Below are positions 8,714-18,517 of a stretch of 64,000 nucleotides of DNA, one piece after another. The stretch spans positions 64,001 to 128,000 of the forward strand of contig JBMYOQ010000003.1 of NCBI GenBank assembly GCA_049599475.1. Reading direction: 5' to 3'. The position numbers and the translations under genes were made by a program. Numbering within the stretch: position 1 is the first letter of the stretch; each line of letters opens with the position of its first letter. The notes under the pieces are model-generated. The model was not told the origin of the DNA, searched no databases, and saw only the letters and a program-made list of their open reading frames with translations. Source of the DNA: Opitutales bacterium. Its GTDB lineage: Bacteria > Verrucomicrobiota > Verrucomicrobiia > Opitutales > JABSRG01.

Positions 8714-11638
8714 ATGAATCGGTGCCGCCTGCCGACTTTCAGCAGGTCAATGTCTAACTCTTCTAGGAAAACTCATGGTCGGCATGCGTTGCTTATCCCG
8801 TTGCGTGATGCAACGGAGCTGTTTGCAGCGCCCTCATGGCACACTTTGGATTCGGATCTCCTACAAGTCAGGGAATGGACTCTGGAACAAGGCGAGCAGG
8901 TATTTGCCATCGATGAGAGCGATTTTCAGGCATTTATTATCTGGGGGCCTTCCGGACCCGCTCGGGAATATGCCCAAAAGATTAAACAGTCTCACCCGTT
9001 TGCCCCAGTCATATGTCTGCTCGACAGTCATATCGATTCGCCCCCAACCACGGAAGCTCGAGAATCATTCAATGCGTGCCTCGATATCCGAACCGGGTTT
9101 TGGAGCCCCGATTGGCTTGCTGGCCATCTGGAAGAAGCCCGCCAAAACTGCGTAAACGAGCAAGCTCGCGAAACAGCCGAACTCACCCTTCAGAACGCGG
9201 CGCGCGAGCCCGCGACCACGGCCGCTGAAACTTTTGTCCGAATGATTACGGACCACCTCGCGAAAACCCTTCAAGTAGAGGTAGCGATGGTCGGCCGCAT
9301 CTGCGAGTCTTCGATGAAATCTCTCAGGAGCCTAAGCCATCGTTCCCAGGCACTGCGTACGACTGCCGTCTCGGTGAAGGGCTATTCTTCACTCAACGTG
9401 GAGATTCCCCTCGAAAACTCGCCTTTGGAAAAAGTAGTCGAGCGGGGCGACGATGTCTTCTACGGAGAAAATTTAGGTCAGAGGTTCCCAAAAGATTTAT
9501 ACATAAAGGGGCTCAACGCTGAAAGCTTCCTGGGCGTACCCTTGCGAGACAGCAGACGAAACATCATCGGTATCATCGCGATTTTCGATATTTCACCGAT
9601 GCAGAATCGGCGCTTGATCGAGTCGACCATTCATATTTTTGCATCTCGCATCGCAAACGAGATAGAGCGTGGACAAGTCGCCGAAGAGCTCAAGGCACAG
9701 GCGAGCATCCTGCAGCAAATCAACGAGGGTGTCGTAACGGCAGACCTCAATGGTATGATTACCAATTGGAATCCGCAGGCAGATGCCTTGTTCGGAATCA
9801 CACATCAAGAAGCCGTCGGCACGTCCCTCTCGAATCTCCTCCCAGATAAAGATCGTTCGACGCTACGCCAAAAGCTTATCGCGCCGGTATTGATCGATGG
9901 TCATCATCAAACCGAGATCGAGTTTCGCCACAAGACGGATCGCCCGATCTACTGCCTTGTAAATATTTCAATCCAACGCAGCGGACGCGGAAGCATCATG
10001 GGCATCATTATCTGCTGCACCGATATCACCGCACATAAAGCCTCCGAGGCGCGCGAACGCGAATCGCAACAACGCCTAGCATTTCATATCGATCGAGCCC
10101 CCCTGGCATTTATCGAATGGGATAGAGACTTCAAAATCACCGCTTGGAATCCAGCGGCTGAGCGCCTCTTCGGTTACAGTAAGGAAGAAGTCATTGGCTC
10201 TGACTGTTCCAAAATCAACGATGATGGAAATAAGAATCCAGCATTTGTCGCCTCCGCCGAAAGACTGGAACATGTCCGAAATCGGATTAAACACGTAACC
10301 GAAAACATTACCAAACTAGGACGTCGCATCACATGCGAGTGGCTCAACACTCCGCTTATTAACGAGAAACAGGAAATTGTAGGCTTTGCATCCCTGATCC
10401 AGGACATCACTACACGGATTGAATCCGAGAAAGCGCTGCTCGAAGCTAAGGAAGCAGCCGAGGGCGCAAACCGACTCAAGAACGAGTTCCTTTCGGTAAT
10501 GAGCCATGAGATTCGAACCCCGCTGAACTCGATTATTGGGTTTGGAGATCTACTAATGTCGATCGAGGAAGATCCCGAGAAACGGGACAATCTCGACGTT
10601 ATCCGAGGAAGCAGTCGAGAACTCCTCAAAATTATCGAGAGCGTCCTAGATTATTCTAAAATCGAGGCAGGACAGATAAATACAGAGTTCTCCGAAATGG
10701 ATCTCACCGCAGTCGTATTCGAAATATGCGAGCACTACAATCGTGTCGCGGACGCCAAAGACTTACGGCTCAAATTTGACCTTCAGGACGACATCCCAGC
10801 GCTCATCGAATATAGCTGGGATTGTATCCGAACTATCATTAACAACCTTGTCGACAACGCTATCAAGTTTACAGAAGAAGGCGAAGTTAATGTATCAGTC
10901 AAAGCAGAACCGTGCATGGATTCCGACAAGTGGCACTACTGTATTAAAATAAGCGATACGGGTGTCGGTATCGACCAAAAGAAAATACCCAAGCTTTTCC
11001 AACTTTTCGGTCAGGTAGACGGATCTTCCACCCGGCGATTCGAAGGCCTCGGGCTGGGTCTGGCCACTTCCAAGAAGCTCGCTGAGCGCATCTCCGCGAC
11101 TATTGTCGGTGAATCTCAGGTGGATAAGGGTTCAGAATTCTCAATTCTATTTGATGCCCTTCCGGTTGTTGATGAGCCCGAAGAGCCAGCAAAACCATCA
11201 GAGGAGGAAGAGACCAAGCTCATCGCCGAAAAATATCCGCTCCGGATTCTACTTGTCGAAGACGACCCGAGCACTCAGTTCATGTTTGTCCGGCTCTTGA
11301 AGAAATTTGGGTACGACCCCGCTGTCGCGGGTGATGGAGCTGAAGCCGTAGAGCTCGTCCACAGCAATGCCTATGACTTAATCTTCATGGATGTCTTTAT
11401 GCCGCGCATGGACGGTTACGAAGCGACCGAAGCCATTCGTACTGGACAACATCGTACTGACGGCGAACGCGTTTTCATCTGTGCGATCACCGCAGACATT
11501 CACTGTGCGAGCGAAGAAAACTGCCTGAGCGTAGGCATGGACGCGTGTCTGAAGAAACCAATTTTTGCCGGCAACACGATCGAAGTCATCGAAGCATGCT
11601 TTGCCCACCACGGTTACCAAGCAGTGAACAAAAGCTAA
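8714..11638 (+). CDS. Hybrid sensor histidine kinase (GAF-PAS-PAS-HisKA-HATPase-REC), cytoplasmic
   Basis: GAF (ESFLGVPL..IIGII), two PAS (WNPQADALFG, WNPAAERLFG), MSHEIRTPLN, NLVDNAIKF, DTGVGI, GLGLGL and REC (LIFMDVFMP). The start may be ATG 8750. Confidence 0.93.
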   Translation: MNRCRLPTFSRSMSNSSRKTHGRHALLIPLRDATELFAAPSWHTLDSDLLQVREWTLEQGEQVFAIDESDFQAFIIWGPSGPAREYAQKIKQSHPFAPVICLLDSHIDSPPTTEARESFNACLDIRTGFWSPDWLAGHLEEARQNCVNEQARETAELTLQNAAREPATTAAETFVRMITDHLAKTLQVEVAMVGRICESSMKSLRSLSHRSQALRTTAVSVKGYSSLNVEIPLENSPLEKVVERGDDVFYGENLGQRFPKDLYIKGLNAESFLGVPLRDSRRNIIGIIAIFDISPMQNRRLIESTIHIFASRIANEIERGQVAEELKAQASILQQINEGVVTADLNGMITNWNPQADALFGITHQEAVGTSLSNLLPDKDRSTLRQKLIAPVLIDGHHQTEIEFRHKTDRPIYCLVNISIQRSGRGSIMGIIICCTDITAHKASEARERESQQRLAFHIDRAPLAFIEWDRDFKITAWNPAAERLFGYSKEEVIGSDCSKINDDGNKNPAFVASAERLEHVRNRIKHVTENITKLGRRITCEWLNTPLINEKQEIVGFASLIQDITTRIESEKALLEAKEAAEGANRLKNEFLSVMSHEIRTPLNSIIGFGDLLMSIEEDPEKRDNLDVIRGSSRELLKIIESVLDYSKIEAGQINTEFSEMDLTAVVFEICEHYNRVADAKDLRLKFDLQDDIPALIEYSWDCIRTIINNLVDNAIKFTEEGEVNVSVKAEPCMDSDKWHYCIKISDTGVGIDQKKIPKLFQLFGQVDGSSTRRFEGLGLGLATSKKLAERISATIVGESQVDKGSEFSILFDALPVVDEPEEPAKPSEEEETKLIAEKYPLRILLVEDDPSTQFMFVRLLKKFGYDPAVAGDGAEAVELVHSNAYDLIFMDVFMPRMDGYEATEAIRTGQHRTDGERVFICAITADIHCASEENCLSVGMDACLKKPIFAGNTIEVIEACFAHHGYQAVNKS

Positions 11639-12537
11639 AAGAGCTCCGCGAAAGTCAGTAAATAGCTGTCGATAAAGGGCGATAATCCGGCAAAATAAAG
11701 CCAGCCGCCGAGCGCAAGCATTGGACCAAATGGAATCGCCATACCCATTTGCAAAGGTTCATCCGACTCGCCCTCTTCCTCGGGCGCCTCCTTCTGGGTA
11801 AACTTCTGAACGATCATTACCGGGATAACAAGGAGTGTTCCAATCATCGAGCCTCCAAAGATTGCGAACAGCCCGCCTTGCCATCCGCAGAAGGCCCCAA
11901 TACAGCCCATAAACATGACATCGCCCTCACCCATCGCCTCTTTTCGCAGTGCAATTTCAGCGAGGAGACGTATCCAATATATGGTACCTGACCCTATGAG
12001 GACACCGATAATGCTGAGTATGCCTGATTTCAAATTTGCCTCGAGACCGTAGCCTCCACTGATCCCATGGAGCTGCGGAAATACAAAGCTTAAAACGACC
12101 CCAAGAATCATGCCTCCGACAGAGAACCTCAGAGGAATAATCATGTGATCTAGGTCGATAAAAGTGGTCGCGATCAATATCGCCGCGAAAGCCATCCCGA
12201 TTACCGCCACGAGCGGTTCCTGGACTAACCATGCCCAGAGGAAAAAGAACCCCGTCAGGATTTCTACGAATGCGTAGCGAAAGGAGTATGGTTTTCCGCA
12301 GCAGGCCGTTTTTCCCCTCAAGTAAAACCAAGTAACAATGGGGATATTCAAATACCAAGGTATGGGTTTACCACAAAAACCACAGCGCGATCCCGGAGAG
12401 ATTACGGAGAGTTCCGCAGGTATTCGGTAAATGCATACATTCAAGAAACTGCCGACAATCGCACCGAGGCAAAAAGTGAAGCACCAGAAGAACCAGGGGA
12501 AATTACTCTGAATAAAATAGAAATTTTCGAGAGACAT
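11635..12537 (-). CDS. pilD: Prepilin peptidase / N-methyltransferase (A24)
   Basis: GSFLNVCIYRIP, SRCGFC..CC Zn motif, FIDLDH, MGEGD and IPFGP. Confidence 0.93.
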   Translation of the reverse strand: MSLENFYFIQSNFPWFFWCFTFCLGAIVGSFLNVCIYRIPAELSVISPGSRCGFCGKPIPWYLNIPIVTWFYLRGKTACCGKPYSFRYAFVEILTGFFFLWAWLVQEPLVAVIGMAFAAILIATTFIDLDHMIIPLRFSVGGMILGVVLSFVFPQLHGISGGYGLEANLKSGILSIIGVLIGSGTIYWIRLLAEIALRKEAMGEGDVMFMGCIGAFCGWQGGLFAIFGGSMIGTLLVIPVMIVQKFTQKEAPEEEGESDEPLQMGMAIPFGPMLALGGWLYFAGLSPFIDSYLLTFAELF

Positions 12538-12543
12538 AAATTA

Positions 12544-13446
12544 CTAAGACTTCCCTCCTAGAGCTGCGGAACGCATGGCTTTTTCAGGCACTTGGTCACG
12601 TCCTGTCCATATTTCCAATGCGCGAGCTCCCTGATACACAAGCATATCCAGACCGTTGCACGCGGCGACTCCCTGAGCCTTCAGGGCCCGCATCATGATC
12701 GTTTCTGGAGGGTTATATATCATATCGAAAAATACAGAATCTGGAGCAAATCCAGACATATCCATCGGAAGTCGATCCTCTGCCTTTAGCCCTGTAGACG
12801 TAGCATTGATGATGAGCGCCGATTCTGGAAGCTGCGGATCCGATTCAAATAAGAACGGATAGATTTCCGCTTTGGGATATAGTTTTCTGATATCTTGAAC
12901 CAATGCATCTAGGCGCGCCGAGGAGCGATTGCCGATCCACAGCGCCTGGCAATCACGACTTAAGCACTGCACAGCAGCTGCCCGCCCAGCACCTCCGGCC
13001 CCCAAAAGGACAACGGGTTTATCCAGCAAAGACACATTCAGATTGCGAGCAATCGCAGTCTCTACCCCATAACCATCTGTATTATATCCGTAATAACCAG
13101 AATCCTTCCAAAAGAGCGTGTTGATAGCTCCAATAGCTGCAGCATCGGGATCCATATCAGCCACATATTTTAGAGCTTCGACCTTGTGCGGAATCGTCAG
13201 ATTGACCCCTCGAAATCGTTTCTCATGCAACAAGCCGAGGGCTTCCTCAAGATTTTCGACCGGTATGTCAAAACGGGTGTATTGCCACTGTTCATACGAG
13301 GCGTCCGATTTCGCGAGTTCCTCTAAGGCCGCATTGTGCATATGTGGACTGAGGCTATGCTTTATCGGATGCCCTAATACCGCCAACCAGATCCCGGGTC
13401 GGTCCCAAGACCTTAGGTCCTCCAAAGTAAAAGTCTCATCATTCAC
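12544..13446 (-). CDS. aroE: Shikimate dehydrogenase
   Basis: GHPIKHSLSP, NLTIPHK, GAINT, NTDG, GAGGAGRA, INATS, DMIYNP and GLDMLVYQGA. Start placed at GTG 13446, overlapping the upstream stop (the ORF track starts at 13521). Confidence 0.93.
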   Translation of the reverse strand: MNDETFTLEDLRSWDRPGIWLAVLGHPIKHSLSPHMHNAALEELAKSDASYEQWQYTRFDIPVENLEEALGLLHEKRFRGVNLTIPHKVEALKYVADMDPDAAAIGAINTLFWKDSGYYGYNTDGYGVETAIARNLNVSLLDKPVVLLGAGGAGRAAAVQCLSRDCQALWIGNRSSARLDALVQDIRKLYPKAEIYPFLFESDPQLPESALIINATSTGLKAEDRLPMDMSGFAPDSVFFDMIYNPPETIMMRALKAQGVAACNGLDMLVYQGARALEIWTGRDQVPEKAMRSAALGGKS

Positions 13447-14314
13447 TAGCTTCACGCTCATAGGCTTCGTCAAAATTTTTGATAAATGAATCAAAGAGGG
13501 CCTGTTTCTCGGCGTCTCCAATCTTTTGATATTGATGGGCTAAATTCCGACAACAACGGCAGATCACCTCCCCGACCGGACACGGATTGAGCACCCGCTC
13601 ATCCTCGACGCCCTGAGGACGCAATAGATCGATGATCAGCTCTTCGCGCGTGCGCATTTGCCCCCGATCAAAGGGATCGATGTAAAAGATACTTTCTCCG
13701 CTGAAGCATCCGACTAAAAATCGCCCCGGAGCGCCCACAGGCTCGAGTTCGATGCCCACGCGCTGTCCAACGAGCAGGTAGATAGTCGAAAGCGTCAAGG
13801 GGATACCCTTTCGACGATCGAGCACTCGGTTGATAAAGCTATTTTGCGGATCGTAGAAATTATCAAAATCACCCCGAAACCCATATTCGTGGAATAAGAC
13901 TCGATTGAGCAGACGGCAGCGCTCGAAGTCTGACGACGGATGCACTGCGAGCTCATAGTAGCGTTTCGCGAGGATATCTAAAAATTCGCAAATATCCTTT
14001 GCGGAGACTTCAGGATAAACGGTCCGGCACAGCATGATTAGCCCGGTCTCCAGCTCATATTGGAAACTATCAATAAAGGTCCGGAAATTCAGAATCACAT
14101 CCTCGATTCCCAGGTCTGCCATCCACTGGCGTGCGATCTTTTGCTGTTGTGCATCATCCACATCGGCGTATTCGCGCAAAAAGATTTCGGCCTCCCCTAT
14201 GTGCTTTTGAAATAACCGCAACAACTCCTCCCTGACAGACACGGATTCATCATCCACGAGGCTCATCAGAACATCTTTGGATGGAAGGGAAACGGTATTT
14301 GAATTAGCACACAT
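13439..14314 (-). CDS. SirB1 / transglutaminase-like (Transglut_core2) protein
   Basis: GFRGDFDNFYDPQNSFINRVLDRRKGIPLTLS..GAPGRFLV..YIDPFDRG. Confidence 0.85.
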   Translation of the reverse strand: MCANSNTVSLPSKDVLMSLVDDESVSVREELLRLFQKHIGEAEIFLREYADVDDAQQQKIARQWMADLGIEDVILNFRTFIDSFQYELETGLIMLCRTVYPEVSAKDICEFLDILAKRYYELAVHPSSDFERCRLLNRVLFHEYGFRGDFDNFYDPQNSFINRVLDRRKGIPLTLSTIYLLVGQRVGIELEPVGAPGRFLVGCFSGESIFYIDPFDRGQMRTREELIIDLLRPQGVEDERVLNPCPVGEVICRCCRNLAHQYQKIGDAEKQALFDSFIKNFDEAYEREASE

Positions 14315-14381
14315 CTAAACCTGCAATACTAGCCAGCGATTCAAGCTTGGCTAGTTCAAACAACGTCTCACGAGATTAGAA

Positions 14382-15188
14382 TCATTCACCAAAAAATGCG
14401 TTGTGAACTTGCTCCAATCCGATGCTGGTTAGCGGGCCATGCCCGGGACATACGATTGTCTCGGGATCCAAGGACATCAATTGATCTCGGCTCGTCTGAT
14501 AGGCCTTTCTAAAAGAGACCATTCCACCGCCCATAGACCCCGCAAACAGGGCATCCCCCACCACTACAACCGTTTTACCCAAGCCTTCGACCACGAAGCT
14601 CGCTCCATCAGCGGCGTGCCCGACTGTTTCCAAAACAGACAAACGTATCGAGCCTATCTTAATCTTTTGACCATACTCGAGAGCGTGGGCTCCTTTTACC
14701 CGCGCCGTGTCGACCGCGTACACCGGTGAAGACCAAGCATGCTCTAGTGCTGGAAGGCCCATAACATGGTCCTTATGAGCATGCGTAATCACGACCGCTT
14801 TGACATTCAAGCTCAACTCATCGACCTTTTCGATTAAAGCCACGGGCTCTGTCCCGGTATCGAATATCACCGCATTTCGATCCCTATCATGAATAATAAA
14901 TGCATTCACAGTGCCGCCGCGAAAGGGAGTGGATACCATTACTAGCCCCTCGAGATCCGGCACCTCAGGATACCAAGACTGTTGGGCCAGGCTTACGAGG
15001 GCTTTCGGTGCGAGGTTTAGCGCTGGGGCCAATTTCTCCAAGGCCTCTACATCAACCTGCTCCTCAAGCAAAGCGCGCACTCGGACCGAGTCCACGCCTG
15101 CGCGCGTCGCTGCCAATTCGACAGGGATCATCTGGCCGACCATTGCTTTTCTCAATACATCGGCATGGGTATCTTCAATTTCGATCAT
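14382..15188 (-). CDS. MBL-fold metallo-hydrolase with N-terminal HTH-like extension
   Basis: THAHKDH, GHAAD, GDALF and PGHGP motifs; ~70-aa helical N-terminus. Confidence 0.88.
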   Translation of the reverse strand: MIEIEDTHADVLRKAMVGQMIPVELAATRAGVDSVRVRALLEEQVDVEALEKLAPALNLAPKALVSLAQQSWYPEVPDLEGLVMVSTPFRGGTVNAFIIHDRDRNAVIFDTGTEPVALIEKVDELSLNVKAVVITHAHKDHVMGLPALEHAWSSPVYAVDTARVKGAHALEYGQKIKIGSIRLSVLETVGHAADGASFVVEGLGKTVVVVGDALFAGSMGGGMVSFRKAYQTSRDQLMSLDPETIVCPGHGPLTSIGLEQVHNAFFGE

Positions 15189-16006
15189 TGTTCAGCAAAA
15201 GGGCGTTTTGTCTGGAACCCCAATTTCGACAATAAGCCCAAGTAGTCACTGGGAAATGGAGCAGAAAATTCAAGAGGGTCCTGACCCTCCAGATTGAAAG
15301 TCATCCGGCTGCAATGCAGCGCTTGCCTAGGATGCGTAAGGGCCTCAGCCATCTCGGGAGTCCATCCAGTCTCAGTAAATTTGATGAACCACAGAGCATC
15401 GGGACCGTAGATTTTGTCACCAACAACTCTATTTTCCAGCCATTCGGCATGAGCACGGATCTGATGCTTGCGCCCGGTCTCGATATTTACGTGCACGAGC
15501 GTGTGCCCTGTCGCCTCTTCGATCGGAGTAAAATGTGAAATAGCCTTACTGCCCTGCTGTCCTTTCTGGGCCTTACACTTCACATGCACGAGGGACTTTC
15601 GATCATTCACCAAAGGAATGTCCACCGTGTGCCTTTCGCCAATCCCCACGGGCAGAGTGCCTTCCAGGATCGCGTGATAATGCTTCTTTACCACCCTTTT
15701 CGCCATGGCAGTCTGCAAGATTGAACTCATACCTGAATCTTTGGCCAAAATAACAAGGCCTGAGGTCTCTCGATCCAACCGGGCAACCAAATGCACTTGG
15801 TCCAAATTACGAGCCTCGCGCAAGGCACCAACCAAGCTAGACCACGGGCCATTTTTTGAAGGGTGGCACACTAGCCAGCCTGGTTTATTCAGCACAAGAA
15901 TGCGCTCATCCTCATGCAATATCCAGGTTTCCAATTCCTCAGGATTCACAAGCGGCGCGGTCTCCCCCACCCATTTTTCTAGATCGATACCCTCGTTAAC
16001 GCTCAT
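15185..16006 (-). CDS. RluA-family RNA pseudouridine synthase
   Basis: NKPGW..HP, RLDRETSG (catalytic Asp), TGRKHQIRAH, GDKIYG and QALH. Confidence 0.92.
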   Translation of the reverse strand: MSVNEGIDLEKWVGETAPLVNPEELETWILHEDERILVLNKPGWLVCHPSKNGPWSSLVGALREARNLDQVHLVARLDRETSGLVILAKDSGMSSILQTAMAKRVVKKHYHAILEGTLPVGIGERHTVDIPLVNDRKSLVHVKCKAQKGQQGSKAISHFTPIEEATGHTLVHVNIETGRKHQIRAHAEWLENRVVGDKIYGPDALWFIKFTETGWTPEMAEALTHPRQALHCSRMTFNLEGQDPLEFSAPFPSDYLGLLSKLGFQTKRPFAEQ

Positions 16007-16021
16007 AGCAAGGCAGGGACG

Positions 16022-16336
16022 CTAAAGGTCATAATTTTTAGGGTACTTATAGCGTGGTCGTTTCACTTTGGAGGCAAGTTCAGGAGTCAGCTTCACCTCG
16101 CCCGTAAATGGAAACCGCGCGACCCGCAGCTGCGATTGAACTCCCTTGGGTAAAATGTCTTTTTCAAGATAAGCACGCATCTCCAGCACCCAGTAATAGA
16201 GCTCGTAATCATCTAAGGACGCGAAATCAGCCCCGGGTTCAGCGGTGAATTCCGTAAGACGATCGAGCATTGTGCGCATGCGCTCGCGCACCCCGACTAA
16301 GCGCTCTTCTAGAAAACTGTGCAACTGCGCGTCCAT
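16022..16336 (-). CDS. Hypothetical protein (104 aa)
   Basis: Fills the gap between yicC and the rluA-type gene in a tightly packed operon; no recognised motif. Confidence 0.65.
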   Translation of the reverse strand: MDAQLHSFLEERLVGVRERMRTMLDRLTEFTAEPGADFASLDDYELYYWVLEMRAYLEKDILPKGVQSQLRVARFPFTGEVKLTPELASKVKRPRYKYPKNYDL

Positions 16337-16356
16337 CCCAGGCGATTCAGGCGAGC

Positions 16357-17232
16357 CTACTCGACATTCGCAATCTGTTCGCGGAGGCGCTCCAATTCAT
16401 TCTTTGCATCGATCACTCCTTGAGTCATCTCAAGCTTGCTCGCTTTGGAGCCGATCGTATTGAATTCGCGGTTTATCTCCTGAACGATAAAGTCCATTTT
16501 CCGCCCAACCGTATCTCCAGAGGCAATACATTCGCGCATTTGGTCAAAATGACTTCCCAAGCGCGTGATCTCTTCCGCGACATCGCATCGATCAGCAAAG
16601 AGCGCGATCTCCTTGAGCACTCGCTCATCGCTCAAATCTAAGTCCTCCAGCCCGGACTGGCGCAAGCGCTGAAACAGGCGCTCGCGATAGGCATCCACAA
16701 CACCCTCAGAATTCGCCTGGATTTCCGTAAGGAGCTCGTTGAGCCTCTCGACTCGAGCACTCACATCTGCCTTGAGCGCACTGCCTTCGTCGCTCCGCAT
16801 CTGCAAGAATGCTTTCAGCCCCTGATTAAAGGCTTCCATCACAATCTCCTGAACACTTTCAAAGTCTGGAAGCGCACTCGCAGGTTTGATGGCCTTCACT
16901 AGCTCCAGCAAAAACAGGCTATCCGGTGCGAATGAGACATCCGCTCGCTCAGACAAATCTTTAAACTTTGAAATCGTAGCCTGAACCGAAGCATCGTCCC
17001 ATTTGAGGCCTTCGGCTCCGCCAAACGGTGTAGCCTTCAGCGCCACGTAGACTTTACCCCGAGCAATTGCCCCGCGGACACGCTCAGTGATCAGTTGGTC
17101 TACTCCGATCCACTCTTTGGGACTCGAGGTAGACACCTCCAAATTGCGTCGATTGACCGAGGAAATTTCGACCGTAATTTCAATCTCTTCAGTACTGGCA
17201 GAACCTCTGCCATAACCTGTCATACTTTTCAT
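16357..17232 (-). CDS. yicC: YicC/YloC family endoribonuclease
   Basis: MKSMTGYG, SVNRR, DVAEEITRL.SH, GRKMDFIVQEINREFNTIGSK and ERLREQIANVE. Confidence 0.93.
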   Translation of the reverse strand: MKSMTGYGRGSASTEEIEITVEISSVNRRNLEVSTSSPKEWIGVDQLITERVRGAIARGKVYVALKATPFGGAEGLKWDDASVQATISKFKDLSERADVSFAPDSLFLLELVKAIKPASALPDFESVQEIVMEAFNQGLKAFLQMRSDEGSALKADVSARVERLNELLTEIQANSEGVVDAYRERLFQRLRQSGLEDLDLSDERVLKEIALFADRCDVAEEITRLGSHFDQMRECIASGDTVGRKMDFIVQEINREFNTIGSKASKLEMTQGVIDAKNELERLREQIANVE

Positions 17233-17251
17233 GTGATAGCAAAAAAGGGCT

Positions 17252-18499
17252 CTAGAGGGCCAGTCCCTCTGTCAAACGAGCAGCCTCTTGGACATCCTTA
17301 TCGCCGCGTCCACTGAGGTTACAAATAATAATAGAGTCAGGGCTCATCTCAGCAGCGCGCTTCAGAGTATATGCGATACCATGTGATGACTCCAGCGCGG
17401 GGATAATTCCCTCGGTGCGCGAGAGCTTTTGGAAGGCATCCAGTGCATCCTCATCCGTCGCAAATCCAAACTGAGTACGACCCAAGCTGTGATAATAAGC
17501 GTGCTCGGGGCCAACGGCAGCGTAGTCTAGGCCTGCGGACACCGAGTGCGTGAGTTCGATCTGCCCCTCCTCGTTTTGGAGGATCCATGTCTTAGCACCT
17601 TGGAGCACGCCGAGCTTGCCTCCTGAAAAACGAGCCGCGTGATCTCCCACCTTTTCGACTCCGTGGCCACCCGCTTCAACACCTGTAAGCGTCACAGAGC
17701 TTTCTTCGAGAAACTCATGGAAAAACCCAATCGCATTGGATCCCCCACCCACGCATGCGACCATTTCATCTGGCAAACGCCCCTCGGCTTCCATGATCTG
17801 CGAGCGCGTCTCTTCACCAATAATTCGGTGGAAATCGCGAACAATCATCGGATACGGATGAGACCCCAGCGCTGAGCCAAGAATGTAGTGCGTTTCTTCC
17901 ACATTGGTGACCCAATCCCGCATCGCTTCATTCACAGCTTCCTTGAGAGTCTTTTGTCCCGCTTCAACTCCACGGACTTCCGCTCCACTCAGACGCATAC
18001 GATAAACATTCAGAGCCTGACGACGCATGTCTTCGGCGCCCATGTAGATCACACACTCGAGCCCCATTTTAGCGCACATGGCGGCGGTCGCGATACCGTG
18101 TTGTCCCGCACCCGTCTCCGCGATAATGCGTTTTTTGCCCATGCGCTTAGCTAGCAATGCCTGCCCGAGAGCGTTATTTATCTTATGCGCTCCGGTGTGC
18201 AGCAAATCCTCGCGCTTGAGGTAAATTTTTGCGCCACCACATTGCTCAGTGAGGCGATCTGCGAAGTAAAGTGGAGAGGGTCGCCCGACGAACTGCTTGA
18301 GCAAGTAGCTCAACTCCTCCTGGAAATTTGGATCAGCCTTCGCTTCATAATAGGCCTTCTCCAGGTCGAACAAAGGAGTCATCAAAGTCTCCGGGACATA
18401 CATGCCCCCAAATGGACCGAAATGCCCCCGTTCATCTGGGAGAGCATTTTTGGACTCCCGAGTGATCGGGCTAGGATCTAGAGCTGGCGAAATAGTCAT
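17252..18499 (-). CDS. trpB: Tryptophan synthase beta chain
   Basis: [16 protein letters not shown] (PLP Lys), [25 protein letters not shown] and LSGRGDKD. Confidence 0.98.
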   Translation of the reverse strand: MTISPALDPSPITRESKNALPDERGHFGPFGGMYVPETLMTPLFDLEKAYYEAKADPNFQEELSYLLKQFVGRPSPLYFADRLTEQCGGAKIYLKREDLLHTGAHKINNALGQALLAKRMGKKRIIAETGAGQHGIATAAMCAKMGLECVIYMGAEDMRRQALNVYRMRLSGAEVRGVEAGQKTLKEAVNEAMRDWVTNVEETHYILGSALGSHPYPMIVRDFHRIIGEETRSQIMEAEGRLPDEMVACVGGGSNAIGFFHEFLEESSVTLTGVEAGGHGVEKVGDHAARFSGGKLGVLQGAKTWILQNEEGQIELTHSVSAGLDYAAVGPEHAYYHSLGRTQFGFATDEDALDAFQKLSRTEGIIPALESSHGIAYTLKRAAEMSPDSIIICNLSGRGDKDVQEAARLTEGLAL

Positions 18500-18517
18500 A
18501 GGAAAATAATCAGTACT

